From the NCBI RefSeq assembly GCF_009914755.1, contig NC_060927.1: a stretch of 64,000 bases of DNA, one strand, 5' to 3'. This document shows positions 1 to 13,426 of this stretch, piece by piece; position 1 is the first letter of the stretch; the number at the start of each line of letters is the position of its first letter. The stretch is from the human T2T-CHM13v2.0 reference genome, Homo sapiens. The position numbers were made by a program, and so were the translations under genes. The notes beneath the pieces were generated by a model. That model saw only the letters and a program-made list of their open reading frames with translations. It did not search any database and was not told where the DNA came from.

Positions 1-169
1 TTCACATGTTCCCGACCTCCAGATTTTCCTCTCCTTTAAGATGACTTGACCTGATATAGATCCCTATTCGAAGGAAAGATTGACCTTTCTAAGGCTTTAT
101 CACATAGTTCTTGACCTCATTTGGTCTTCTGTTCTCTTCGTCATGTCTTTTCCATTTCTCATTCCCCAG

Positions 170-950
170 TGTTCTTTCTTCCCTCCATTAACCCATATAT
201 TAGTCTTTCTTATGCTTAAAAAAAATTGAAACTACTCTACTCACAATTTCATGTCCTATTTATTTCTTTCCATAATAGCATTCATCAACTGAAACAGTTA
301 ATGTCAATGTCTCTATTTCCACTTGATTCCCTAATGCCTTAAATCTGGTCCCTATCTCTATGACTACATAGAAAGAGCTTTTGCTACAATTACTAATGAA
401 TTCCTCATCAATAAATCCAATCCCTGGGTTTTGTTTTCATCCTACTTAATCCTGCTGCAGTATTTGGCACTGTTGAATACACTCTTCTTTAGATCCCTTT
501 CACTTCAGATAATTTAATCTGTGTGCTTTTTTTTCCCCCTGGACTTCAGTTTTTTGGACTTTTATTATGGCTTATGTTTTTCTACCTCACCTAAATTTTT
601 TCCATGGACATATTTTGATATTTGGCTATTACTACACTATACATCTTATTCTCCCAGTTAATCCCATTTATTACAAGTATGTAAATTGCTATGAGAAAAG
701 TCTCAATCAAGTGTAATGTCATGGTCTAGCTACATTTATTCATTTTTATTCTACTAGTATTTATATTTGAGCCTATGAAATAGAATGTTTTATTTAATCA
801 ATAATATGATACTTAAATTTAAAATATGTATGAACTCCATATTGTATTTCTAGGTATGTACTACATATCTCCATTTTTATGTTCCAAAAGTAGCTGAAAG
901 TTAATAATACAATTATTGTTTTCTGCAAATCTCTCCTTATAATGCATATT
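170..950 (+). mobile_element. L2 LINE fragment (degenerate ORF2/RT region)
   Basis: Resembles the L2 consensus, e.g. AAATCCAAT..CATCCTACTTAATC..CTGCAGTATTTGGCACTGTTGA at ~412-476; boundaries approximate. Confidence 0.65.
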
Positions 951-957
951 ATATGTC

Positions 958-1935
958 ATTTCACTCCTTCACTTATATATACATTAAAAATATTAACTTC
1001 TACTCTGCATCAGGCACAAGTTACAGCAGGCCAACATTTCTACTCTAATGGAGTTTACATTGCGGTGGAAAAATAGAAGATAAGTAAATGTCTAGGGTTC
1101 GTATTCATGAATGTTAAGAAGGAAAATATAAAGCACAGAAGTAGATACCATGTGTGCAAGATAATTTTGATTATATAAAACTCTTAAGTAAAGACCTAAA
1201 GGAAGTAAGGGAGCTTGTTTTAACTCCCAAACGTAACTGTGGGATTTGCAAGCAAGTGCAAAAGATCTGAGGTGGGAGTTTCCCTGTCTGTATTTGGAGA
1301 AAATCAAAGGAATCAGTAAAACAGAGTCCACAAGGGAAAGTAATAGAAGTTGAGGTCAGAGAGGTAATAGGAAGAATGATTCATATAGTGCTTATAAATC
1401 ACAGAGTAAGTAACTGAGCATGACATTGAGATTTTTGGTCTTGGCACCTGAAAAATTAAGTAGAATTCAACTCAACTAATACTGAGAAGATTGCAGAAAA
1501 AGCAATCTTAGCAGTGATTTTCATATGCTCAGTTTCAGGAATATTACATGTGATGCAATAGTTTAGTTATAACATACTAATCTGAAATACCTGTGGAGAG
1601 CTGCACTAAGTATAGTTTTGTACATTTTTAGTAAATATATGGCATTTTAAAACATTAAAATGGATGATACTCCAAATGGAATGGGTGAATGGATAAAATA
1701 AATGTTGTCTGAATTTTGAGCCCTAGATTCCTTCTAAATTAAGAAGTCACAAAAACTAGGAGAAAGTGGTACAAGACAGTGAGACAGGGTAGCAAAAAAC
1801 GTAAGATAAAAACTAGGCAGGTGTGGTGTCTTAGAAGTCAAGAGATAAAGTATTTCAAGGAAGACAGATAATTGTCTGAGACAATTGCTACAGTTTGGCC
1901 AAATCATTTGAAGACTGAGCAATGATTTCATACTG
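958..1935 (-). mobile_element. L2 (L2a-like) 3' portion
   Basis: L2 motifs ATGGAGTTTACATT, AAGTGCAAAAGATCTGAGGTGGGA and TGAGGTCAGAGAGGTA in antisense orientation. Confidence 0.7.
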
Positions 1936-2129
1936 CTATGATTGCCTACATTTTGGCAGGGTTTTAGATGGTCTTTTACAAGATTATGATAAACACATGT
2001 GGTTGACTATGTTTTGGTTAGTAGCCACTAACAAATAATGTCCATATCGTTTACGTCATTGGATGTTGCAAAACAGTTATATTATAATTCTATGAATTAG
2101 TCTTGTATGGATACAAATAACATTAGAGG

Positions 2130-3345
2130 GATATATTTTCCCTCATCTGCCATATGGTTACCCAGTAATAGAGGTCATATAAGAAAATTAGCATAAGTGC
2201 TCGCTACTTTCCTTTTATTTACCAGTTTTCAAGACAATGATTTGGTTTCCTATCTGCCTTCAATAATGATAATTCCTTTTTTATATTTGTTTTTATAAAA
2301 AACTCACTGATTTAAAAATAATTGATGGGTTTCTGTACACTGTAATTATTATCATCATTTTAGAACAATTTTTTCTCATATTGGCTACTGGTAGTATATT
2401 TAAGTTGGCTTCAAAGATCTTGTGACAAATTTTATAATCTTTAAGAACATCTTGCATAAAAAAGAAGTATCTTGTTTAGGCTCATCTTTAACATCTCCTC
2501 CTCTAATTCTGGAATCGGCCATTTCTCCAAAATCCCTTTGTGAGGCTTTTGGAGGCCTTATTATTAATTATTAATATCAGGACACAATCTCTACTGAGTT
2601 GCTCATTGCTCAGGGTATTTTCAGTGGATACTGTTAGAAGGTTAAAAGTGTGTGTGTGTGTGTGTGAGTATGTGTGCGTGTGTCGAAATTAGAATCATCA
2701 TATATCTGTATGTATATATCATATCATAATATTTTACATTAATGATTTCAATCAAATTCAAGAATACAAGCTTATTTAAATTTCCATACTATATCTGTAA
2801 CTTCTTCCACACTGAAGATTCTGCTGTTTAAGGATGTAAGACATTATAGAATTTACTTATTTCAAATTCTTTGTTTGTTCTGTCCTATTTTACCCACTTA
2901 AAAGTCTCAGAATAGCAATGCTACCACTGTTATTTATTTAAACATTGAAAAAATTGTGCATATTAACTAACCATTCCCTTCCTGTTATTTTGATAGTTGG
3001 ACTTCTTATTATCAAAGTATAAAACTACTACAACCTTTACTTTCTGCCTCTGTCCCTCTTACTCCACATTTTCTCTTAATTATACAGGTAACATTACATT
3101 TAGTGCTCTCCATCAATACTTGATGTCCATGTCTCTCTAGTCATTTGGGTTGTCTGAAGGTCACTCTGAAAGTAGTTATTGGAACAGTGTACCCTGTGAC
3201 CTTGTATGCTGGTTAGTTTGTACATGTTTTTTCTGGATACAAAATCCTTACTGCATAATTTCCTTCCTCATATCTTAAATATTTTACTTCATTACCTCTT
3301 GTCATAAAACCCATGCCATAAAAAGACTGATTACATATATATTTC
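2130..3345 (-). mobile_element. Old L1 3' region (L1MC4/5-like) with internal (TG)n at ~2648-2683
   Basis: TTTATTTACCAGTTTTCAAG, GGCTCATCTT..CTGGAATCGGCCATTTCTCCAA and TTTTCAGTGGA match the L1MC 3' end. Confidence 0.7.
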
Positions 3346-5049
3346 ATCTATTTTGTTTCTTCTCTGCTTAATTTTGAACCTATTGATTTCAAATTCTTGT
3401 CCCCAGGGAACCCTGACCTAGATAGAAGGGAGCCCTGGAACACAAGTTTTCAAAGGTCATAAAGGATAAAGTGTTCATCCCTCAATCCTGCTTATTGCAG
3501 GCCTATGAAACACGCCGGTGTGGGCCCTTTCCCAACATTGTTTCAGCTGCTGTTTAAAAATATTCTTGCTATATTCTTTCCTATGAATATCTATTGTTTA
3601 TGTTAGTGTTTCTCTGTTCTTAAGTTCATGAGAATTTGCCTTTTTGCTTGCTTACTTTTTTTTTCCACAAAAATGTTGGCACAATACAGATTTTATGGAA
3701 CTGGTCTTCTTTCTAATCTGCTGGAATTTTGGAGTTAGTATGTATATTTTGCCACTTAGTTTTGTTTGACATATTGTTCACAGATTTCTGATTTTGCTAT
3801 CTAGTTGCTGTCAGTAAAAAAGTACATTAACATAACCATTATCTCACCCTAATGCTCTCCAACAGAATCACATTTGACTCTGACCCTCCACTATACAGTA
3901 TTGATGTCATCTTTGGAAGCGGTCACCCAAAGGAGTATCTGAAATAACAGGTTTTCAATCCCTATTAATTTTGTAAAGTAGCACATTTAAAATCTAGTTT
4001 TCACTCAAAGCATTTAAAATTATCTCAAAAGCCGTGACATTTTAATTAGTAACCTGATAATTTTAGATAAAATATAAATATATTCTCAGGGAATTTTATT
4101 AACACTTCTGCAAGGTAAATCATGAAGACTAAATAATTCTTAACTCTAATCACAATCTCAGTCAATAAAATTCCTTTAAACAGGTTAAATGTACACAAAA
4201 TTTTTATACACATTATTGGTTAGTGATATAAATATTCAACTGAGCAATCTTACAGGCAAATAAGACAACCTCCATACACAAGTACTTAACAACTTTTCTG
4301 AATATGATGAGAATATTATTATGAATCGAATACAGTTAATTAACTTACATACAGTACAGAAAATTTACTACAATTTTTAGACATTCTTTAAATTTATTTT
4401 TTGATATATTTGTACTTAAAAAAGTTTACAGTAAATTTACTTTTTCAACTAGATTCACACTATTTGTTTTCCGTATGTCTAATATATCAACTTCCATTTA
4501 AAATTACAAACACTTTAATACCAAGCATATTATTATTAATTCTAAAATAAAATTATTAATGAATGGGTTTTATTAGCTTTATTACATACATTTTAATCAT
4601 AAATTATTATAGAAATGAAAAGTTAGGTATTTATTAAGAGAATTTTGGTTTTGCAAAAAAAGTCTGATTATTGAATCTGTAATTTATGATCTCAAATCTC
4701 AAATACGGTAAGGATGTGAACTGATAGGAATATTAGATTAGGTTATCAGATCTTCTGCTAATATACAACCAGCATCACATATTCTGATTGAAAATACTGA
4801 GTAATTTTTATATTCGTTGCCATAAAAAGTGCTGTCACTTCATAGACTTTACAAGAAGTTAGTTTCACAACTTGGGTTCTTCAGAATTCTGGTTATAGCT
4901 TTACACTATTTTTTCCTCTGAATTCAAAATAGAAACTATCTCTCTAGGTTGCAACGAACTATGTCTATTTATTTATTATTTTATTATAATCTGTATATTT
5001 TTAATCATCTTGAAATCTTTAAAATTTTCTCATTCTTTTTCTTTCTCAA

Positions 5050-5520
5050 TTTGTTTTATATAATTTGAAAGATTCAAATTGTCTAATTTAAAATGTATAA
5101 TTTGATAAGTTTTGACAAATATGTATATTTGTAGAGTCGCAACAATCATCAAAATGTAGAATATTTTCTGCATGCACAAATATTTCTCCATGGCACTTGC
5201 AGTCCATCTCCTCCTCTGGGCCAGAACCAGACAACAACTGATCTGGTTTCTGTCATTGCACATATTTGAATTTTCTATTTTTAAATGCAAATAGTATTAT
5301 ACAGTATGCGCTCATTTGTGTCTGCTCTTTTCACTCAGCATAAAGTTTTTGAGAGCTATCTGTGTAGTGGCAAGTACCATTAATCCATTCTTCTTGATCA
5401 CTCTGTAGCATTCCATCAGATGCACAATACACTGTGATTATCTACTAAACTGTTGTTGGGCATTTCAATTACTTACAATTTCAGGCACTATAAGTAAAGT
5501 TGTGATAAACACTCATCCCC
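5050..5520 (-). mobile_element. Old L1 3' end (L1ME/L1MB-like)
   Basis: TTTAAAATGTATAATTTGATAAGTTTTGACAAAT..CAACTGATCTGGTTTCTGTCA..TTTCACTCAGCATAA is typical of L1M 3' UTRs. Confidence 0.75.
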
Positions 5521-6604
5521 TGTTGAGTTACATAGTAGGTATTATTTTTCCGTATAGTAAAGATCTCTTTTACATTACAACTAAGTGATAACAACTTGTA
5601 TGTTGTGGTAATAATTTAGCTGTTTAGATGAGCAGACCAACATCTGCTATCATTGTGGTTAAATATATGTAGCCATTTAAACGGGTGTTGCCACAAAAAT
5701 GACATTTTCTAGCTGTGTAATGTTTTAAAATATAAATATCTTTAATAAGGCTTCTTATAAAATGTAGCTGTTTGGGAGGAACCATTTTACTTTATTCCTA
5801 TATTTTTCTGTACCTACGGGAGTAAAACATTAACTAAGTGATTTCTGTGTTACATAAATGAAGCATAACAAAAAATATGATTGGATAAAATAGTTATTAA
5901 ATAGTGATATATCTAAATTTAAACATTAGTCATGATGCAAAATAAAAGAAAGCCTAAAGTACAATATCTGAACATTGAAGCTTGCAGGTGTTTCCCTAAA
6001 GACAAAAATGACAGAAGAGTCAGTGACCTGATAATTGCACCCCATGAAGATCAAAGACCTGAAAGATAAAAACGGATCCTCTCACTGAGCCTAAACTGGT
6101 CCTTCAGGACAGTGATTGACAAAATTCAGACACACTTTGGGAAGATAATGAGGTCACCAGAGAGGACTGAGCATGCTTGTTGGATTTTGTATGAAGGATT
6201 CTGAGAATAGAATTTCCTGGGAGCACTCAATCCAAGCCTTTAGTAAACTGTAGTGGCCTACCATTTTACTAATAAACCTAACTATTCTGAATTAATTAGT
6301 TACTGTGAGATATTAAGGCAGGATTACTATATAAATAAAATCAAATATATCAGTAATTGAAACTCCTTGCTTTTCTGTTTTGAGCCTTGATCTTCTAATG
6401 AAGAAATTGAATCACTAAGAAACCCAGTATGTTGATTTTCATGAGGTGAATGAATGAGGCATTGGATAGTCTTTCATGGGGAGAGGGTGAGTGTGTGTGA
6501 GTGTGTGTGTGTGCACGCAGGTGTGAGTGTTTCTGAAATTACAAGTGAACCAAATATTTAATGGTGAGAATCATGAAACGTAGCCTTTAAGTGCTTTCTA
6601 TAAT

Positions 6605-6890
6605 TTTTTCCAGATCTTCCCCGAGGCACTTGTAGGATTAAACCTCTCTGACCTTTAAGATTACATGGGGCATGTGACTTTCTTTGTGCAATAAAACATG
6701 ATAATAAATGATACATGTTATTTCCAGGCAGAAGTTAAAACAGGCAGTGTATGCCTTGCCACATTCAGAATGGAGTTTGTAGATTACTTTTGCTTCCCAT
6801 TAAAACATTGAGAGAAGAAAATGTAGCAGATCAACCTGTTACCGACCAACTTAATAGCAAATGATAGAAGCACAGTGTGAAATACAGAAA
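6605..6890 (+). mobile_element. MaLR LTR fragment (MLT1I/J-like)
   Basis: GGCATGTGACTT..CAATAAAACATGA..TTCCAGGCAGAAGTTAAA motif. Confidence 0.6.
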
Positions 6891-6895
6891 ACCTC

Positions 6896-7098
6896 GGTCT
6901 TAGTTCATTTGAGTTGCTATAAAGGAATACCTGAGGCTGGATAATTCATTAAAAAAGAGTGATTTACTTGGCTTATGGTTCTGCAGGTTATACAAGAAGC
7001 ATGGCACCAGCATCTGCCTCTGGTGAGAGCCTCAGGAAGCTTCTACTCATGATAGACGGTGAAGGGAAGCTGGTATATGCAGATCATATAGTGAGACA

Positions 7099-7196
<98 letters not shown>

Positions 7197-7219
7197 CAGA
7201 AAGAAAGAAAGAAAGAAAG

Positions 7220-7286
<67 letters not shown>

Positions 7287-7475
7287 GGAGGAGGTTCCAG
7301 GCTCTTTTCTTAGTTCCCAGGGGAATTTCTTACATTCCTGTGAGAATGGCACCAAGCCATTTGTGAGGTATCTGCCCTAACAATCCAATCACCTTCCACC
7401 AGGTCCCACTTCTGACATTGAGGATCAGATTTCAACACGATACTCGTATATACAAACTATATCCAAATTATAGCC
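6896..7475 (-). mobile_element. MSTB-like MaLR solo LTR with 5-bp TSD ACCTC (6891-6895 / 7476-7480)
   Basis: TTGCTATAAAGGAATACCTGAGGCTGG..AAGCATGGCACCAGCATCTG..CTCAGGAAGCTT; perfect 5-bp flanking duplication. Confidence 0.9.
7103..7284 (+). repeat. Compound tetranucleotide STR [GAAA]23 GACA [GAAA]5 GA [GAAA]16
   Basis: Counted directly; lies inside the MST LTR. Confidence 0.97.
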
Positions 7476-7572
7476 ACCTCCATAGCAGCACTTAAAGATG
7501 CCTTTATTTTCTGAAAGTTAGAATGTCCTCAAAATTTAGCACAAGATCTGATTATAAGAATAGTAAAACTTA

Positions 7573-7863
7573 GGTTTGAACATGGTGGCTCGTGCCTGTA
7601 ATCCCAGCACTTTGGGAGGCTGAAGTGGGAGGATTGTTTGAGACTCAGTCTCAAAAAATATTTTGGAGGCTCAGTCCCTAATAAATGTAAAAAAATAATA
7701 ATCACGAGTGGTGGTGCCCAACTATAGTCCCAGCTATTGAGAGGCTGAGGCGGGAGGATTGCTTGGTCTCGGGAGTTCGAGGTTACAGTGAGCAATGATC
7801 ACAGCACAGCACTCCAGCCTGGGTGCAAGAGCAAGACTTTATCTCAAAAAAAAAAAAAAAAAA
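7573..7863 (+). mobile_element. AluJ with rearranged left arm
   Basis: GCCTGTAATCCCAGCACTTTGGGAGG, J-type GGAGGATTGCTTG and GAGGTTACAGTGAGC, poly(A) tail. Confidence 0.9.
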
Positions 7864-8173
7864 AGGAAAAGGAAAAAGAAAATAGAATACTAGAATTCAT
7901 AGACATTGAAAATGTCTGAGGAAAAAGAAAGGAAAAAAAAGTTAGTATTTTATTAGAGAAGTAGAGAAAGCGTCTAAGAACCTTGAAAACCCAGATTCCC
8001 CTGAACCAGCCAAGCCAACAGACTTATCTGCCTCCCACTGGACAGACTCCCTTTTCTTGCCAAGTGTGAAAAGGACACACCTGAGACAGATGCCATTCAA
8101 AGTGGTTGGCTGCCTTCTTGTAAATCTGCCCCACTCTTTTTTATACCTTCTACTTGGCAATTATATAAACTGG

Positions 8174-8586
8174 ATGTCTTCATCTGCTCATGCTTCTATA
8201 ACAATACACCACAAAATGGGTGTAAATATGTTTCTCACAGTTCTGGAGAAATGTAAATGTATATAGCGTAAATGTATTTCTTACACTTCTAGAGAGTCTG
8301 GGAAGTCTAAGATTAAGATACCAGCTGTGGGGGGTGGTCTGCTTGCAAGATGGCTTCTTGTTGCTGCCTCCTCTGAAGGGGAGGAATGCCGTGTCCTCAC
8401 ATAGTGGAAGGGACAAAAGGGAAAAAGAGGGTGAACTCGGTCTAAAGCCACTCTAATAAGGACATTAATCTATTTATGAAGGCAAAGCCCTCATCACTTC
8501 CCAAAAGGCTCCACCACTTACTATTACCACAATCATGGTTAAGTTCAACATAAATTTTGGGGGACACACACATTCAAACCACAGCC
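8174..8586 (-). mobile_element. MaLR solo LTR (MSTD-like)
   Basis: TTTCTCACAGTTCTGGAG, GGGGAGGAATGCCGTGTCCTCACAT, terminal ACATTCAAACCACAGC. Confidence 0.8.
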
Positions 8587-8589
8587 TCA

Positions 8590-8738
8590 TGAAAATCACA
8601 TGAAATGACATTGAAAATGCAAATTCTTTGGGCCTATCCCAGATTTAGTGATAAAAAATTCTAAGGGAATCAATCAATATTTTATCAAGCCTTCCAGGTT
8701 ATTCTAATGCATGATTTAGTTTGAAAACACTATTTTAA
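8590..8738. mobile_element. MER5-type hAT DNA transposon fragment
   Basis: AAAATGCAAATTCTTTGGGCC..AAGCCTTCCAGGTTATTCTAATGCA..AGTTTGAAAACACT. Confidence 0.7.
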
Positions 8739-10739
8739 ACTAACAAGAAAGGTAGTATCTTTTCTACTTTAGGGAGAAAGATATCATTCCTAAAAAAATC
8801 TTGAGGATAGGCAAAAATGCCTAGGAATGAATCTTTATGGTGTTTGAGGTGGGATTATAAAACTGGATAGTGGATAGTATTTGATATGAGAACTCTATAA
8901 TTTAAGGCTAGAGTGAGTCTTCATATTCTTCTGGAATAGTTCCTTGAAACTTAAAAAATAAAGTTTATTGTAAACAAGGTAGAAATTCTAGACCTCCCTG
9001 GAAAGAATACTGAGTAGAAAAGAACTTTTTCAGGTAAATGTTTGTTGCAATGTCTGGCTTCTAAGGATTCATGTCTTGGACAGACTTTAGTAGAAAATTC
9101 TATACCTGATTTTAGGAAAAGAGATAGCTCTACAGTTTGTCTAAAAGTTTTAGCCTTTGCCTCTAACAAAATTTTAAGACAATGTGGCCAATATTTTTAA
9201 TGATTACTTGCTGACATCATTACACCATTCCCATTAAAATGCTATAATCAACTGAGATCTCCTTGAATTCTTCCTTATTCTATCTCTCTTAGGGCTCCTA
9301 TTATATATATTCTTTTGTACTTACACCCATTCTCTGCAGGATAATAAACTTCTTAAAGGCAGGCATGCATTTATAATTAATTTTCTGTGTACTTCTGCAT
9401 ATTTAAGATAATGTCTTACACACGTAGAAGTTCTGTAGATTGGTTAAGTTTAAATATATCACCTTAACATAAACATTAGTACACCAATAATGCTAATAAT
9501 ATATTTAATATACTTTTTTTTCTAAAAGGCATTTTTAATTTTGTGAACATGAGATTAGAAAATAGGAATTCACTTACAAATGAACCTAGGACTTCTTCCA
9601 TCACTTGTGCCTAGAAAAATGATCTTGCTTTGGACAAAAGCAGGGAAGTTGAAATATATAGATCATTTGAAAAGATGATGACTTGACCAAAGTTTTGGAA
9701 CTGGGGAGTGGGACATGGTGTTGTACCATGAATATGACCACAGCTAAGGTGCAGAGAATATTTGGAAGATTTAGATTTAGAATATAAATCTGGAGGCTGG
9801 GTATTAAATAGAATATGAGTTCTACAGTAGAATTACCTTATCCAATCACTCACTTTCTAGAGACCATGAGCAAACCATAACAAATTTCTAAGGTCAACTT
9901 CCTTTTTGCCTGATGAAGGTAATAATAATATCTATGTTGTAGTGTTAATATAGGAAGAAAATGAATTATTTGAGGAAAATATTGGAAAGAAATAATTTAG
10001 GTCAAGATTTTGCTATAAACTGTAATTATGTTTATTTAAAAATTGGCAACCAGTAAGAAATTATTTTATGTCCTTGAAATTGTTTAGAGTCTACTATGAT
10101 AGTTTGCTAATCCATTCTTTTATATTACCATGAAGATATTCTCTTAATAGAAAAAAATTTCAACGTTTTCATTTTTATTTGGACACTACAGGGTACCTTT
10201 TGTCTATGTGTTTGTGGTTTAATTATGAGCCTGGTAGGTACATTTTATAATGAATGTCCATTACACTAAATGTCAAGTTATCATATTATTCATAATGTTT
10301 ATGATATTAAACATTTTAACATAATATTTTAAAATAATTATTATATCTAAAATAAATATAACATTACACCAATCTGATTTTTTTCCAATGCCTGTATTCT
10401 CTATTTATTTATTTAAATACGTTTACAGAAAGTCATAATGGTGTCCTTGCTGAGTGAAACTACATGAAACAATGCTTTAGTGATATGAATCTAAGGTCAA
10501 AAATAAATTAATGTTGTCTCTGGGAGTGAGTTGACTACTTTTGCTTCTTAGGACCTAAAAGAAGTATAGACTATTCTTTTTAAGTATAACAAAGTTAAAA
10601 TCTTATTTATTATACCTTTATCATTCCACTTGACTATCATATTTTAAAAATATATTTAAGTAAAACATAAATATAGGAAATGGACAAATATTAAGAAAAT
10701 TATCTTATGAGCTACTCAATACATTTACATCTACATTCA

Positions 10740-11060
10740 TTTATTAGTTATTCATAATTGCCCAAAACTGGACACAAATATCCGTCAACATCAGAACAAA
10801 CAAAATATGTTATATTCATATGAAATGCTAAATAGAATTGATGGTGAACTACTTCTATGCTTAAATATCCAGATTGTAACAAATAAAAGTGTAATGATAA
10901 AAAAAACAACAGATATTCTACAATACATGTATCCATTTATATATGAAGTTCAAGTTTAGATAAATTTATTATATGTTCATACATATTAGACTAACTGTTA
11001 CCTTTGCATGAGAATTATTGACTAGAAAGGGACATGGGGAGTCTTCATATTCTACATAAC
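10740..11060 (+). mobile_element. L1ME-like 3' end fragment
   Basis: TTATTCATAATTGCCCAAAACTGGA..CCATTTATATATGAAGTTCAA..TTGACTAGAAAGGGACATG. Confidence 0.7.
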
Positions 11061-12127
11061 AAATACAGGTAATATTTTTGAGGTTAATGAGTTAATTGTG
11101 TTAAATTAAATGGATATCTTCCAATTTGGCTCTTAATACTCATTTTTGCAATGGTGAATGTTTATATCAACTACTTATTTTAATTAAAAAAATTTTGAAT
11201 GAATGTCTTTCAAAACCTGGCAAAATTATAAATTATTTTAATATTATAGGTAAAATTGGGCATTTTTCTTTCTAGTTTAAGTACTAATGTTAGAAAACTA
11301 CACTGTGCATTCTAGAAATATTTCAAAATGTTTTAGTCAAACCATATTTCATTAACAGACTTTTCAAATACATCTTCTAGTAAAACTGGACAAATAAGTC
11401 TGCATAAAGGAACAGAAGAATCTTCTCTTTTCCTGAATCCTGTTCCTAAGTGCACAGGTCTGTGATAATTCAAAGAAGTAAAAATTACTGCCTAAGTTTA
11501 AAACTCAACCAGGGACATGTGAAACAGCTAGAAAGTAACAGCAAAATTAACAAGAAAATGCTTGTGAAATTCAGAGAAAGGTTGAATTGTAGATAAGATT
11601 TTGTAGCCCATGAGTTTCCTTCAGTATGGAATAAGCATGAGGGGTATTCAGATAGTACAAACAAGGTGAACAAAAACAGAGTTAAAAATTCTAATGTTAT
11701 TATTAATAGACCTTCCTAACCAGTTTAGTTAAAGCTACAGATTACGTGATCCACTATTATTTATATTAATAGATCTTTATTAATATAAACACCTATTATT
11801 AGATCTTTATACTTTCATTCCAGATATTTATCAGTCTAAAATTTTAATTAAAATATTCACAGTCTGCATGCTTCCTACAACATACTGTGTTTTAGGGAGG
11901 TAATACATAAATACATTAATATATGAATGTAATTTATGGTGCAGTATATACAGAAAAAGAGCAGGAAAATAATTAACTGCAAGATAAATAAAATAACAAT
12001 TAGCTTAATATATACTACCAGTTAATCACTTACAAATTGGAATAGAAGAAATATCACATTCATAAAAGCAACTAACATTCTAACACCTTAAAATGAACAC
12101 CCTCACACATACGCTCCAAACTAAAAG

Positions 12128-12219
12128 TTAAGAAATAACTTAATTAAGTTATTTCTTAAGTAATATTAATTAATTAATATTAAGTTATATCTTAATTAAG
12201 TTATTAAGAAATAACTTAA
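12128..12219. repeat. Cluster of AT-rich palindromes (32 bp, 22 bp, and a 10-bp-stem hairpin)
   Basis: TTAAGAAATAACTTAATTAAGTTATTTCTTAA (12128-12159) and TAATATTAATTAATTAATATTA (12161-12182) are each their own reverse complement. Confidence 0.95.
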
Positions 12220-12377
12220 ATTCTTAAAGAAACAGTAAAATATAGTGAGTTTTCAGATATAATGTTTCTCATGTTAATAAAGTTTCCTTTTATCCCAAAT
12301 TTGTTAAAAAGAAAAAGAGCTAACTAAAACACTAACAGAACAAAACAGCAAAATTTAAATGAAATGTAAAAACTCAA

Positions 12378-12520
12378 ACACACACTTCTCAACTTACGTT
12401 CGGGCTACACTGCAATAAGCCTATCACAAATAGAAAATGTAAGTCAAAAATGAATTTACTACCCTGATAAGCCCATAGTAGTCAAAAAGTCATAACTTGA
12501 ACCATTAAGAACCATCCATA
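12378..12520 (+). mobile_element. MER47/Tigger5-family DNA transposon relic
   Basis: CTCAACTTACGTT..ATAAGCCTATC..GAAAATGTAAGTCAAAAATG..GATAAGCCCAT matches the internally repeated MER47 structure. Confidence 0.65.
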
Positions 12521-12559
12521 TATGGGAACAAATTGGAATTATAAAGGGTTCATAATGTG

Positions 12560-13020
12560 AATAAGTAATATTGTAAATATGATTTTTTCCAAAATATGTG
12601 TCCATATTGCAAATATGTCCTTTTTATTATTCTATAAAGAAAATACAAATATGTATACAAAAGAAATCAGGATTTTTAAAATCCTCTTTTGCTTGCAAAA
12701 TATCCTCAACTATTTTTGGAACAATAAATGAAACTGGCTTTCAAGCATGTTTCACGTTTTATAAATTTATATCAATGAAATGTGTGAGTTTAAGACCAAG
12801 ATTAAAAAATACAAATAAATGAGCATAATCACATACAAATATTAAATACAGAAATTTAATGTATGATATAGGCAACATTTCTAACGAGTAGCTAATGAAG
12901 AGGTGAGACAATATATAACGATGAAATATTTGACTATTTGTAGTAAAATTAAAATTAGATGAAATCTCGAAGCCATATGAAAAATAAATTCCAGATTGAT
13001 TTAAATATTATAAATAACGC
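12560..13020 (+). mobile_element. Very old L1M ORF2 fragment
   Basis: GAAATTTAATGTATGATA..AAAATTAGAT..CCATATGAAAAATAAATTCCAGATTGATT. Confidence 0.5.
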
Positions 13021-13117
13021 ACATTTGAGTGTGTATATGTGTGTGTTTGAAATATTTAGAAAGGTTATGTATAAATGGTAAGCACTATCTCTGGGGAGGA
13101 ATTCGATCATTAGAATT

Positions 13118-13426
<309 letters not shown>

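Noticed and set aside
5960-6080. Minus-strand acceptor GTTTTTATCTTTCAG near 6059
   Set aside because: No convincing donor downstream; isolated splice-like motifs are expected by chance
6959-7366. 135-aa KER-rich ORF (and the 102-aa FLS-rich antisense ORF)
   Set aside because: Translation of the GAAA microsatellite within an MST LTR
7975-8140. Possible ERVL/MaLR internal fragment
   Set aside because: Only a vague resemblance; cannot be assigned without alignment
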